64,000 bases of DNA from Klebsormidium nitens (Eukaryota > Plantae > Klebsormidiophyceae), in NCBI GenBank assembly GCA_000708835.1, contig DF237269.1:39061-103060 (forward strand), given 5' to 3'. A model generated the notes under the pieces. It was not told the DNA's origin and did not search any database. It saw only the letters and a program-made list of their open reading frames with translations. The translations under genes and the position numbers were made by a program. Positions 12,750-26,132 of this stretch are shown here, one piece after another (the stretch's first letter is position 1; each line of letters opens with the position of its first letter).

Positions 12750-14379
12750 GAGCACTAAGCTGACGTCACAGGGCAAACGAGAAAACGACGCGTGTCGTTT
12801 TTTTTGGGACTGAATGAACGGCAGGATAGATACTAGGTGTCAAGCATCGCCAACTCTTTCCAGGCGACGAAGTTTCTGCGCTTGGGAAAAGGCTAGGACA
12901 TACTACTGATATGACGGACTCGATCAACATACGAAGTTGATCTGATCATTTCGTACTTTAATGCTCTGCATACGTAGAATATACGGCACAGGTTCTCAAC
13001 GGTAGCAAGGTAACGACGGCAGGCGCCGAGAATTTGACAAAGCAATTAAGGGCCTGTTATAGGACGGCGGCATAACCATAGGAGATTAGCAGACAGCGAG
13101 ATCAGACGGCAGTAATTTATAGAGATAGGCTATTGAACGCGGCAGGTGTGGACTCACAGTGCCAGCACGATTGTTCGATGAGGCCAGCCCTTGTACAGGT
13201 ATAAAAGAAGCGTTTATTGTTTCCAAATGAACAGCACGTTGAGAAGGCTGAACCGAACAAAGTACGCCTCAATCCTGGTCAGGGTAGTGCGCTTGGTGGA
13301 GGACCGTGCAATAGAGCCTCACGCTAAGAGTTCCTGTTTGCACGATTGAAAGCAGATTGCCACTTTGGCAGTAGTGCACTTCGCCTAAGATTTGGTGCCG
13401 AAGTCCCAGGCATCTCATTGTCTCCATTCTGCTGGGAAACAGTGCACGGTAAGGAGTCTACATGTGCTAAGACAAAGCGCGTTCTCTTCTAACGTGGGTC
13501 AAACGGATTCGATGATTGCAACTCGTGCAGTAGCTCGCGTCATTCGCAATGCGGCTGAAGCTCCTGCATAAAGTCTAGCTCCCTTGCAGATGACACACGA
13601 CCGACTGGACAACTCCTTGCACATGTGAGCAATTGAAGTTTTACCCGATAATTGGCTCTTTTCATTGAAGCTTCGATGTAGCCTAGCCGGGCCTCCCACG
13701 TTCAACCTACAATTAACACAGGCATGCAGTCACATGCATGTGCGCATGTGATGGTATAACCTTTACTAAAAAGAGGCTCATGCTGGATACTAACATGCGC
13801 GACGGTGCGTCAGCCAGTTCAAAACGCGCGCGTTCAAAATGAAACGTGGGCGGCCCGGCAAGAAGCAAGACCACGTGCCAGCTTTTGCACATCATTGCTG
13901 ACCGGACCATCATTGCACGCACCGCGCCCCACGATGACATGCATGGGCACTATAACGACAGATGACCCACTAGGTATTATAGAACACACAAAAATGCAAG
14001 AATAAAAATCACCTGTCGCCGTATGCGAAAATGTGCTGCAGAATTACCAAGATCAAGACAGAGACTCTGAGCAGAGCCAAGCTCTGTGGAGCTTTGAACC
14101 CATGTCGCACATACTGCCACCTTTTCAATCTGTTGATACCTTCAGGAAGGTGCGCGCCATCCATTCGCCCGTCTACATAACATCACGTGCAGAAGCGACT
14201 CAAAGGCTTCCCACTTCCGGCATACACAAGGTACAAAAATGCTGTGTTCTTCCTTCTCAGGTTAGTCAAAGTGGAAACGAACACTTGTACTACTGACAGA
14301 TTGAACCAGGACTGAGAAAGCGTCTCCCATAGCCGCCCTCGTATCCTGACCGGATTTGTCTAAAGTGTACGTCCCCTCA

Positions 14380-17300
14380 CTATTCGGCCGCATCGGGCAG
14401 CTCCTCGTCCTTGCCCCCCTCTTTGCTTTCGGCTTCCTTCGAGGATCCTTCGCCTGCCTTCTTGGCTGGGGAAACGGGGTCAAGCAGAAGGAATCAGCAA
14501 TCGAACCATCTCTAGATTGGGCGAACGAAAGGAAGCACCAGCAGCGGGCTTGCGCCCAAGACGTCAGCAGATCCTCAGGACCATACTTCAGCACAAGACA
14601 CGATACGGTAATCGTCGCTGAGAAACACAGGTTAACAGTATGCAAGTCAGCACAACAAAACAAATCCGCCTACGTAACTCTTCCAATCCACCATCCAAAG
14701 ACTCTAAGGACCTGAAAAACTGGCTCTTTCGTACGCTGATATGCCCAACTAGACCACTGGGCGACACAATACTCCAAACGCAGCGGCAGGCTTACCTTTC
14801 TTCTTTGCGCCGCCCCCCTTCTTCTTCGACTTGGTTCCGAGCGCCAGCCAGGCCTTGATCTCGGGGTCGTCCACCTCCTTGTCCGGCTTCAGCTCCTGGA
14901 CTGGATGCCCCGTGATCCGGTCCGAACCGTTGGGCATCAGCAGCACCGTGAACTTGAAGTGCGCAACAATGTCGCCTGCAGCAGTTGCTCAATCAGTTTG
15001 AGTTTCTAGGGCTTTCTATTTCACGACTTTGGAGTCGAACGAAGAGGGTGCGGAATTCGTAGGTCGACCTCGGTGAATTCTGGTTGACAAATATTGAATT
15101 CAGCAGTCGCAGATTCAGCAGACGCGTTTCTCCCTGTTCGATTCATGTACCCTAAGAAAAGCGGGCTTAGGGCAATTTCTCAAGGCTTCTTCAGAGCTGA
15201 GGTTTCCTCAAAGGAAGTCGCCGTTCATTACGATCCGAGGTGAGTATCTTCCGTGCATACGAATAGCTGGCAGCGTCGAGATACGGACGGAGCCGGCAAA
15301 CACGGGGTCAAGTAGTCGTGAACTTGAAACCCGTGTCTGTGGTTCAAAGCCAAGTGAGACTGACTCGCTGCTGAGCTGACTTCAAAAGCAGATCAGAAAG
15401 GCAGGCTACCTACTGCTCAAAGGCTTCATGTTTCCTCAAAGTCCATGCTTCTTCGACCACCTCGATCCGAACCAGATGGTTGTTGCCAAAGGCATTGGCA
15501 TCTAGTAGCGAACTCATCGGAGTGATCTTGATCTGCTTGAGATGACAGTGCCAGCAGATGACGAAGGAACCAAAGGTAACACCAAGAGAAAGAGCTGACG
15601 CCAAGCTCCTTTTGAAACTCCTCTTATGCTTTTTTACCTTGCTTTTCGTGCAGAACAGGGTATGGCGTCAGCAGTTCGTGCGTGACGCAGTCCTTGACCC
15701 CTAGCTTCGCTTGCTTGTCCTTCAACTCCCTGAACGAATCACAACAATGTCACTTTACCAGCTTTGAAAGATGGCATTCGCTTCACGGAAGCCAGGAACT
15801 TGAAAAGACAAGCAGGCATAAAGATCAGTGGGGGAAGGGAGTGAACGACAGAGCTTCCAACAATAGTCGCAGCTACCGGGTAGCAGGAAACGAGAGCTTG
15901 ATCGGCGAACGACGGCCCTGACGCAATCTCTTATGGTCAGATGCACGTTTGCGGCTTCAATTCTAAGAACGCAACAAAAACACAATCGGCTCACCGCCGA
16001 ATCGAATCACTAAACGCTAGATACAACTCAATGGCTAGCTGGGGTGGCTACCCATAAGAAGGTAATCGGGGCGCACGATTTTCAGAGGGTTGGGCGAAGG
16101 CGAGAGGCATCACAAATCAAGAGACAAATTGTGGGAACATACAAAAATGTCATCCTGCGCTTGATGGGGGCAAACACCATTAGACTGGAAATCATTCAGA
16201 CCAACTCCGTGCAAACGAAGCCACAGTCCAGCATATCATGCCACTGATAGAACAATCATAAAATTGATGCTATCTCTGTTTAGACATCACCGCGGCTCAC
16301 CTTATTGTGAAGGGCATAACAGGGAACCGTTGGTTGATTTCGCTAAGGGTAGCCCGAGATGCCTTCAGCTTCAGCTTGTACTCCTTGTCGAGCGCCCTTT
16401 TGTAGACAGACGTCTGCTTCTCGTCCAGGATCCGGGGCTGCACAAAACAGCGGACCGCTCTTAGGCTTCACACAAAGTTCAACCAGTTCACGATCTCGTG
16501 CAACAACTGGAGGACCATACTCTCCCATTCTTGGCTGTCGACAAGGTAACAGCCGCTGTGTCGTGTGTCCTCGCAAAGATGAGCTGAGAGCTCTCTGGCT
16601 GTCAACGCAAGTGTCTGATGAGCTCCGAGCTCCAATCGAACCTCGCCATTCTCTGCACTGCATCAATGCTGTTACACAGAGGATGCCAGTATTCGACTTC
16701 TCTGTCTGAGTTGACACTTCGGTAAATTACTGGAATCACCAGGTAATGCTCGGTGCTGTGCTGGATGAGAAGGAAGCAGGCTCACCACTCATGTGGAAAC
16801 AAGCTCTACTAAACAACCTTAGGCAACAGCCGGCAAACCCAGAACGGACTGCATTTACAAGGACTGCTGAGCCGATAGGATACGTCGGTCTTAACCACCA
16901 CTACTCCCGGTTTGAGATGGGAGCCACACTACTGTCGCTACAATAGAATTGCTTAGTAAAAGCCTCCGTGATTACTGACCGAGTGTCAATAACACTGGCA
17001 AGGCAATGTACTCGAAAACGAGCCTCACCTTCCCCTCTCCGCTGCTGACCACTACGTCGACTGCATACACCTCATTCTCCTCAAACTCCGCCTCATCCAC
17101 TTTCGCCTCCGGGCCCGCTACTGTGATGACCACCTTGTTCCCGTCAATCACAAACTGCTTCATCTGGTGACTGAGCACTCCCTCCACCATCTTGACATCG
17201 TACGCCTCCGCAACCTTCTTGAAAGCCTCGGTCACGCTCATGTTCTGCACACCGATAAGACGGGTGCCTGGATTCTAGAACTAGTCGTAACTATCACTTG

Positions 17301-18979
17301 AAGTGCAGGCGGTTTCCCCATCGTGCAAAGGAACAACCAGCAGTAGGAATGCATCTTGTTTGGACTCAACACACTCTTAAAGGGCCCTGAAGTATAGAAC
17401 GCAAACTGAGGCTGCTCAGGGAGTCCCCAAAATGTACGGGGGCCGGTGCGACCCCCTGTAACCTTTCAATGCACGTAAGAAATCGCTCTTGAGTACATAA
17501 TCGCATACCCAGCTTCTAGGGTTCGCTTGCTCTGCCTGCTTGGAACATGCTCAACTGATCACCAGCCGGTGTCAACGTTTGTCAGAAAACCAAACCCACC
17601 TTCTTCCCTGGCCTCACCAACCGCAGCGCCACCTCTGCGGCAGTGTTTGCTGCGGCTATGACATCAGCGGTCTTTCCAGTCACAGGGCCCTCTTGCAGGA
17701 CAAGTGTGTGCGCCACCACAGCGGCAAAGCCGTCAATGTGAGCCCCCAAGTCACTGCAGCAAAAGATAACAACACACTCGCGCAATGACATTTGGAGGGG
17801 CCCCTGTGAGTGCGAAAGCTTCCGCAGGATGTTAGGATCCAGACTTCACTCTCTCTCTTTCTTCTCACACTCCTTGTCTCGACCAGCAAGCCGTTTTAGA
17901 AAAAACAACTTAGGGACTTCTACATTGACGTGATATGACCCGTCTCAGACGCACTTTTTGGGGCACAATCCAATACTCTCCGAGGTGCAACAGAATCCAT
18001 CAAGGGCGCTCTGACAGTACGCACATTTTGACAACGTCCCCCTCCTTCAGCTCCAGAGTGTCTCCTTCCAGGGCGGAGTAGTGTCCAACAACATTGTTGA
18101 GAGACACCGAGGTGGGAAACGCAACGCCCTTGTCAATCTTGACTTTTGCCTTGGTGTACAGAGTCGACACCTGCCTGGATGAAAGGAAACAGAGAAATAA
18201 GTGAGTCAACATTTCAATGCCTACTTCAGCTTCACCACCTTCAAACAACCGTCATGCGTTACGCAGATCGGACCAGGTGAGACAACTGGCAAGCAGCAAA
18301 CAGCAATATCTTGAAGCGCTCTTGTGCTTCCATTCGCATGCTACATGTATATGCACATTGTACATCCCTCAGCTTTGCATATTGTATGTCCCTTAGCTTT
18401 GCATGTCAAATGACCGGAGCAGATAGATGCATATTTACGATTGGAAAGAATTGATGGAGTAGTGGTGGCACATCTAAACTTCAAGCTTACAAGCTCACTT
18501 ACTTTGTGATGAATTCGTCCCCTTTCTGACACAGGTCAAAGACCTTCACGCCTGGCTTAGCCTCTGAAATTACCAAGGCAAGAGCCTCTGCAAAGAGGTG
18601 GGATGAAGTAATTGAGAGAGATGAAAGATCACAGATAGCCAAACCATTGCCACAAGCAAAAAACTGCCAGTACACCGCGCGATGAACACCACTGGCACTT
18701 TCCAACCATTGTCAATTTGCAAGCGAGGCTGCCAACACCCATGAGGCCCATGCAAGCTGAAGTATCAAGCTGCCACTCCAGGGTGTCAGAAATTCTCAGC
18801 AAAGATGAATGCAGGATAGGTTGCAAGATGATGCATTCCAGGATTCCAACCAGAACTCTCATCAGAAGTCTCCTGCGCTCACTGTTTGCAATCTCGGCGG
18901 CCAGCTTGTACTTCGTAACCACGTCATTGGAGCTCAAGTCCAACTCCTTCTTCTCCTCCTCATTCTCAGAGTCCGACAT
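14380..18979 (-). CDS. EBP1: ERBB3-binding protein 1 / proliferation-associated 2G4 (M24-fold, non-peptidase), 398 aa, 9 exons
   Basis: Exons 18979-18883, 18587-18503, 18174-18025, 17753-17600, 17244-17029, 16437-16301, 15729-15638, 14975-14796 and 14465-14380 total 1197 nt. Peptides: [93 protein letters not shown], plus a Lys-rich tail. Confidence 0.96.
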
Positions 18980-19559
18980 TTTGCCTTCTTCCCTTGACCC
19001 TTTAGCAAGAGACGTTCACAAGCAACAAGTGGCGTCTGAGTGCCACCTCGTTTCCTGATTGCTGCTGTGCAGTGCGAGCTCCCTTTGCTCAATATTAGAA
19101 ATTGCACCCTGCTTGAACACGAGAGAACTCCTCCAACTTCGAACTTCAACTTCAAGTGCAGATTGGGGACAAAATCCTTGGCGCAAATCAATAATTTGGT
19201 CTTAACTTAAACCCAGATGCTGTTTCGCGGTTCCGGAAATTCAGGAAGAAAGCTTTTTGAGGCGGTAGACACTTTCCGGTGTATTTTTTGCAAGACGTTA
19301 ACTCACGAACTGACTACATCGCAACCGTTAAACAAAGCAATTTCTGCCCGGGCCCCGGGGTCGTGTACTTTATAAACAGCCGGTCAGGTCCGTTACGGTT
19401 ACCCCGGGGTTTAGGCGCGTAGAATCTCAGGGTTCGAAAGCAACCAGAAATTATTTTCTGCGCGCCAGCCCTCAAGCTAGTGGCCTGTGCTGAGGTGTCC
19501 TTTCCGCCCTCCCAGAAGCAGCGCCCTGCATTTTGCGCCACCCTTCTTGGGTGCCTGCA
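18980..19559. promoter_or_regulatory. Divergent promoter/5' UTR region shared by EBP1 and the MBD gene
   Basis: The head-to-head ATGs are 580 nt apart. The region contains GGGCCC (site-II-like, about 19350) and ggggtttagg (telo-box-like, about 19407), motifs associated in plants with translation and ribosome-biogenesis genes. The motifs are short and function is untested. Confidence 0.35.
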
Positions 19560-22500
19560 ATGGAAGTGGTTGGCACGGAGCGTGTCTTCCCTCACCTTGA
19601 CTTGCGCGCCTTCACCCATGATGAGCTCCTCCTTGCTGCTCAATTGACTGCCCCCGGCAACACGGCTTCCTGGACTTGGCCCCCCCCTCCGCCTCCTGCG
19701 GCAGGGTTCGTGCTTTCCGCTTCCAGCTTAAAGCAAACGTGCACTCAGGCGGCTGATGTAGCGAGTGACGGAGACGCTAACCTTGTCTTCGACAACGACG
19801 TCCCTTTGCCTGGCGCAAAAAGGGGGAGGATGTCTGGGGGTATGGCGGACCCCCTGGCGATGTTAGCGGATGCGAGTCTTCACGTGACCACGGACGAGGG
19901 GGGGGGTCTGCGAAGGAACATGGGGAGCGCTGCTGACCTCCTGGGAGAGAGCCTGCTTATGCTGAGTCAGCGTGTGGAGCTCGCCCCCCCGGTTAAGAAG
20001 ACAAAAACTGCGCCGAATACCCCTGCGCTGTCCCAGGAGGAGCGTCTCATCGCATCTCTGCATAACACATTGGCGAAGGACCGACACCACGGGGGGGAAG
20101 CGTCTGAGAGCTTGTCGGACGGGTGGAAACCGGACGCTGAGGTCGACTTCCGGAAACCAAAGGGGGGGAAGCCAAAGGCGCCCCCTCCCGTGCGAGGGGC
20201 CCCCGCGCCAGACATGCCCAAGGGCTGGCTGATGGACATTCGCTATCGAGGGAGCGGCAATCGCGTCGACAAGCTGTGGACGTCGCCGGAGGGGGTGCAG
20301 CTGCGCTCAATCAAGGAGTGCGAGAGCTTCCTGCTGGGAAAGGCGCGCCGGCAGCCGGTGACCCCCGTATTGAAGGGCAAGTTTGGGTGCCCCACGTGCG
20401 GACTCCGCTTTGCCGCCGCGCTCGACTTGGGCAACCACATGGCGGCACATTTGGAGCCAGCGCACAAGAGCGCCTCTCCAAAAATGAAGAGCGAGGACGT
20501 TCCAGGTGTGGCGCTAGGGGTCAAGGAGCGGATTGAGGAAGGGAGCGTGCTGCGGGGCGCAAAGAGCGAGGATGACGAAGGAGGGGAGGGGCACGTGAGC
20601 GGGCGGACGGCGCGGTGGCTGCAGCGCGTGGGGCTGTGGAAGGGGCCCGGTGAGGGACTGCTCTTGAACGCTCCCAGTCTAGTTCACGAAGTCAGACACA
20701 GCGAGAATGCACCCCTCTGAGCAACCCTAACAGCAAGGTCTGCTGGCCGTTTGTGTTAGGGCATGCATGTGGCGCAGAGCTGATGCAATTTGGCAGCAAT
20801 AGACTGTGAAACCTCTCGGGAGGCCCATACCCTTTGCCGTTGCTGCCTGGTTCTGGTTGCAACTCTTGCAAAGTGTGAAACACTGGTTTGCTGGTGCCGC
20901 TCTCGATGTTCCTCTCGTAAGAGCTCCCCTCAAGCCATACTGATGACCATGTAGGGGGAAATCGTCTGATTGAGCAAGTCGTTGCTGTGCGGTTCTTATG
21001 AAGATGTCTCTCCCGTGCAGAGACCGGCGATACCCCGCGAGATGTGGAGGAATGTGCAGAGTCCGATGAGAAGGTGTGTCTCTGTGCGTTCCTCTCAAGT
21101 TCAATATGTTCCAGGGTTTGGTTCATGCATTATACTCTGCGTCTCATCTTTATCTTTCGATGACGACAAGACACACTAGCGTCCTCCGTGTGTGGAGGAT
21201 TAACAGGGTACTCGAAGTTGAGAGCAAAGGACACGAGGCCTGAAGGGGCTGATCCCTCTGGCCGGGTGGTGCCTTTAACCTCGTTTGGGGAACAGTTTCT
21301 TGTGGGGCTCAGGGTTGTGAGAACGCTGCACACTGTGCGGAGGGCTTCGTTCTCATACCCCTGTCACTGAGCTAATGTAGCTACAGCAAGGATTATTGAC
21401 AGTCTATCCGCCAGCCTCACAGACGGAGCAGAAGCGGAAGCTCCATGGGGATGCTGCCGCATCCAAGGTTGCGTGTCACCCTTCACTTCAGTGCCTCTGA
21501 CCGCTCCAAGAAAAGCAAACCCTAGTGGCAAGACGCGCGGGGGTGCCTATCATTGTAGGGACCGGAGGTGCATACCCTATGGGGCCCTCTCTAGTCGCTG
21601 TCCGGTCGAGGCCAGCTCCTCCTTCCTCAGTGCCAGAGTTCGTGGGGACTGGGCGATTGCGATATCCTTTCTGCTTTGGAGAAATTTGGCATTTGTCGCT
21701 TTATCTGGTTGCTTCTTTTCTCAACATCATCTAGGATTGTCCCGCTACTCCAAAGCCGCTTTGAGAAGGGTTGCAGAAAGGGTTGTGGATGGGAGGCAGT
21801 GCACATTTGTTGCCTGCAACCAAGCTCTACGGTGCTTGCATAAAGTAGAGCGTTCCTGAGCATGCTTTTTGGGCAGATCAATCTTTTGTTATCCGAGCAG
21901 AGTGTCTGAATTGCTTGTATGACATAACTCTTACCTATTCACCAACTCCTGGCACTTCTGAATAGCCTCTCATGATCTCCTGCAGGGACCAGCCGGAACT
22001 GGTGCTGAGCTCTCCTTGATCTTACTCCTTATCCTTTTCAAATCTTCCTTCTGTGAGGTCGATCCTCTCTGCATTCTAACCTGGGGCAGAACAGGAAAGT
22101 CAGCGGACCTGATCTTAGAGTCATGCACAAATTTCCCCTCCAGATTGACAGGAACATCCTGCCATTCATAAAAACCTAACGTTTGCATCCCCCCGCAGGC
22201 ATCCCACCTCGCCTGGCGCAACTTTGAGGCTCTGCTGCACGACCCCGCCAGCTGGTACGGTCTCGACCTGCTCTCCACCCCCCAGGCTTGTGCCGTCCAG
22301 CGGCTCATCTGCGCACACGGCCGCGAGCGTGCGTGTGCCACGCTCCTCCAGCAGCGCCACCGCATCACCGCTGACCTCATCAACGCCCTCTACCGGCCCA
22401 TCTTGTCCGTGCTGCTATTCATCCTGGACGGGACGAATGACATCAGCGAGGGGAAGCTGGGGACTCTGGCCCTCAAGCGGCGGGTGTGCCGCGCTCTGGG

Positions 22501-24121
22501 GCTGAACCGCAAGGGGGGGGACAATTTCCTCTCTCCGGAGACCCCCTCCCCGCCGGAGTCGCCCCCTCTGAACGCGCTGTCTGAGGATGACGTCAGCAGG
22601 CCCCTGAAAGCTGACGTCAGCAAGCTCCCGGCGCTGATGGAAGCAGAGCGGCCGAGGCGGTTGCACAGAGAAGCAGCACTGGCGCTTCCAGCGCCGGAGT
22701 GGGGGGGTGCACATGAGGAGGGGTCGCCTCCCCCGAAGGAGGAGTGGGGGTTTTGTTCCAGGAAGGAGGAGCCTGTTCACATTGACGCTGAGAGGGCACA
22801 CCACAGGGATGTGAATGGGGCACAGCCAGGCGACGAGTCAGCGGTGGACGAAAAGCTGTCAACATGGGAGTCAGATGCGCTGGGGGTGCCCAAGTGTGAA
22901 CTGGACGTGGTCGAGAGCCCACCTCCCCGGGTGACAAGGAAACGCACGCGCGTCGACACAATCTGGCCCGAGGCGCTGACAGCACAGCTGATGTCAGCGC
23001 ACACGCAGGTTCCGGCGACGATCGAGGCCCAAGTTGCGGCACTGAGCCCGAGGCAGGACCAGAGGGGTGCCGCTGCTGACTGGCACTCAGTGCGAGCGCA
23101 GCCCCCCGGAAAGTTGCGGTGGCTAGGGCCGAGGGCGCATGCGGTTTGGGGGGGGCTGCCACACTCAGCTGAGCGTCCGATCGCAGAGCGTCTGGCGAGC
23201 GGTTCTGTTTTGGGAGCTGCGGACCAGCCCTTGATAGATGGGGATGTAAGGGACTTCCCGTCCAACTCTGGTGGGGGTGAGAAACCCTGCGGCGAGCACC
23301 CCTCCAGGAGAGAAGATGAGCGGGGCGGCGAGGCGGCAGCGGCAGAGCTGCGGGCGCGGGCGGCAGCGCAGCGGAATGAAGCGGAGGAGCTGCGGGAGAT
23401 GATGGAACGGAAGCTGCGGCTGGCGGATAGTTTGGAGGCGCAGGCGGCGGCGCTAGAGACCAAGTGCCACGTGGATGGCGAGGGGAAAGAGCGTCCAGAT
23501 CTGCGGCGGGCTAAATCCGCCGGTATGTGTGCGGCAGAGGAGGGAAAGGGACGTTTGGACGTTGGGAAAGGGGAGCCGGACGTTTCAGGCTCCGGGATGG
23601 CTGGCCTGGATGACCAAATGGCGGGTTCGGACGTATGGAAGGTACGTGCGGACACGGGGAAAGCTGGTGCGGACGCCGAAATGGCTGAGCTGGCGGGTCT
23701 GGATGCTGAATTGGCGAGCGCCAAAGCTGTTCGGACGTGTCCGGACGGTTTGGGGACACAACTGGAGGACGGGAGCCGGGGCAAGATGGACGCTTTCTGC
23801 TTGGATTCGGACACATTGTGGAGGGATGCGGACGCAACTGCCGGGGTTTCGGACGCGAAGGCAGCTCCTGAAGGGGGCTCGTGGGTGAATGGCAGTGTCA
23901 GGAAAGTGATGATGGCTCATGTGTGGAGTGGTTGGGGTTCGGAGGGTTTTAGCAAGAAGGGCTCTGCGGGGGACTTTGCTGGGGAGAGTGCGAATGATGA
24001 GGGAATGGAGACGGAGCCCTGCTTTGAAGGGGCCCAAGAGAAGCGGTTGAGAGGCTTTCCTTCCTTGGGTGGGGTATCGGACGAGAAGAGAGACGTTAGG
24101 GGCTTGGGAGCGAACTGTTGA
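19560..24121 (+). CDS. Methyl-CpG-binding-domain protein with a C2H2 zinc finger, an unassigned helical domain and a long acidic low-complexity tail (~1068 aa)
   Basis: Proposed exons 19560-20649, 21387-21467, 21735-21831, 21986-22001 and 22199-24121 are phase-consistent (3207 nt). MBD-like segment DMPKGWLMDIRYRGSGNRVDKLWTSPEGVQLRSIKECESFL at about 20211-20335. C2H2 CPTC-x12-H-x3-H at 20388-20450. The N-terminal FPHLDLRAFTHDELLL resembles the N-terminus of plant MBD8-type proteins as I recall it. The middle exons are less certain. Confidence 0.75.
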
Positions 24122-26132
24122 GGAATGGGTGCCGGCTTAAGGAGACCCTTGCAAGGAGTGAGATCTTATCTAGCGGCAAGTAGTAGGCCAAGTATTAGGC
24201 CCTATTAGGCACGTCGCTCCGGGCAGGGGATTTTTGGCCTGAGAAGCGTCTGTACAGGTATACATCGAGTCTCTGCAGCAGCGGGCGTTTCAAAAGCGTG
24301 CTACTTTGGATGGCTGTTGCTTTGGCGGGCTGCCAGCAGTTAGGTCAAGGCGTCTGGTTAAAAGACGTGATGGAAGGTACTCCAACCGGGCAGTGAAATG
24401 TGAGAATAATAGGGAACAAGGTGACGTGATGGCCATTTTTGTCGATGCTATGGGTAGGGTAGGTATTGAGCATGAATCAATTAGACTCTGCGTAAGCAGC
24501 AGTGTCGGGAGTGCTCTGATCGAGTTAGTGACTAGATCGTTTCTGTTTGAAGCAAGTCAAATCTTGACGCTGAGCTGCGGATGTCAGCTAAGGTGAGACA
24601 AAATTTGTACTTAAAGAAATGTATACATTCCTGGCTTGCAGTTCATGCTGACTTTCAGTCGACTAGCTCCGTTCAGAGGTTTTCAAGTCCTTATGCATGG
24701 CGTTTTGTGCATATGGTATCCAAGCAACTCTGCCCATGGTCGCCCCCATGTACGGCAAATGCTGTGGCACCTCGATTGATCTGAGCGCGGCACAACTCTT
24801 GGTCGGATTGCGTTTGCACATGCAGGCAATTATGGGCACGGCACTGAAAGATAGTTATTGGGCGCGGGGCCCATATGATGCATGTGAGCTGCCGCTGGCA
24901 CCTCGTTCACGTGCGGCCTGCAAAACACCGCAATTCGTAGGACCGTCCGGCGCGTGCAATTCGGCCTAGCCTAAGTACGTTAAGGTGCACCAGATAGGTA
25001 ATATGGTCATTCCACATGCGTAGCTCTAGGTGCCGCCATGCCAGACGTACAATCAGTCAATAATCTGGCAAACTCGAATAACTGAGCAACGGCAGCTCTT
25101 TTATGTGATTATTCTCACAAATCCGCTGTGTAATTCATGCACTGCATAAGCATGCGCGCAGTACAGAGTTCCGACAGGATTAACTGACTATACCGTCTAG
25201 CTTGGAGTTCCAATCATGGTGCATGTCAAAGCATCGTGCAAGAACGGCCTTGCTACTGTAAAAGAGCACCGGCGAGCTAGCCAGCATGTTCCAAAGACCA
25301 ACCGGCCATGTACGTCCTATGTGGATGACTGGATTCCGCTTTTGACTGGCCACCAAGGCCGTCGTTTGATGCACGCAGCCGCAAGCGCCACTCTGGCGCC
25401 CCCCGTGCCAGCGGCCGCGCTCTCAGCTTCACTGAGGAAGTTGTCCGAACCCGTCATCGCCGCGCTGTGCTGAACTTCGGGTCGCGCATGACTGGCGTCT
25501 CGCCAACCTGCCAGCAATAAAGTTTCGCGCGGCCCCAACTCAAGCGCGCGCCGAAACCGAACCTCAGCGTTGGGGCACTGGAGCACTGCTCCCTGGGCCT
25601 GGACTTCGTGAACGAACTGAAACAAAAAAGGGATCACCGATAGTGCAGAGGACGCACTTTTGAGCGGGGTAAACTCAAGGCCGTGCGAACCCCAAGCGGA
25701 GCTGGTCCGTTTACTAAACACGTAGGACCAATTGAGAATCCTTCGAAGCAGGCATGCATGGTTCTCCATGCAAGATTTGTTCTGTGCTTTCAATCCGACC
25801 TTTGACTGAGTCAAATACTCGGCTCGCCAGGGTTTGTTCAAGCGGTCGTTCTTCTTGTTCGTGATTCCCTTTGATTTGACGGTTTCCAGAACGCAAACGC
25901 AGCGGCAGGGCAACTTCGAGTCAAGCCTGGCGCTCGAATAGAAGCAATTGAGGTATTTGTTTCTTTTCATAGTTCTACGGAATAAGCCCCACTTGACAAG
26001 GTTATCACTTCAGTACTGCAAGTCTGCTACAGGCGGAGGAGCGGCCTGGAGAAGGACGTGCAAGGTTGAACTCTTGTTGCGCACGAAAATTCTCCGCTGC
26101 TGTGAACTCAGCTGAAACCAATCATAGTCAGG

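Noticed and set aside
15300-15336. Intronic hairpin acacggg-g-tcaagt…acttga-aa-cccgtgt near a GGTTCAAA (tRNA T-loop-like) string
   Set aside because: No cloverleaf or D-arm/anticodon geometry; short interrupted stems of this size arise by chance.
18786-18860. Possible C/D-box snoRNA in EBP1 intron 1 (minus strand TGATGA…CTGA)
   Set aside because: Box C lacks the leading purine, the terminal stem is only about 3 bp, and the best rRNA complement I could see is only about 9 nt. Too weak without a snoscan or Infernal hit.
21021-21073. Candidate extra MBD-gene exon (ETGDTPRDVEECAESDEK)
   Set aside because: The splice signals are good, but its phase-1/phase-0 ends cannot be joined to the downstream exons without a stop or an unsupported extra exon. 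Left out of the model; it could be an alternative product.
21986-22003. GPAGTG as a P-loop (Walker A) fragment
   Set aside because: This reading frame leads to a stop in the 22199 exon; the frame consistent with the long ORF reads DQPEL.
22617-24037. Long minus-strand ORFs (22777-23814, 345 aa; 22617-23162; 23585-24037)
   Set aside because: They are antisense shadows of the GC-rich last exon of the MBD gene, with low-complexity Ser/Ala/Pro translations and no independent motifs.
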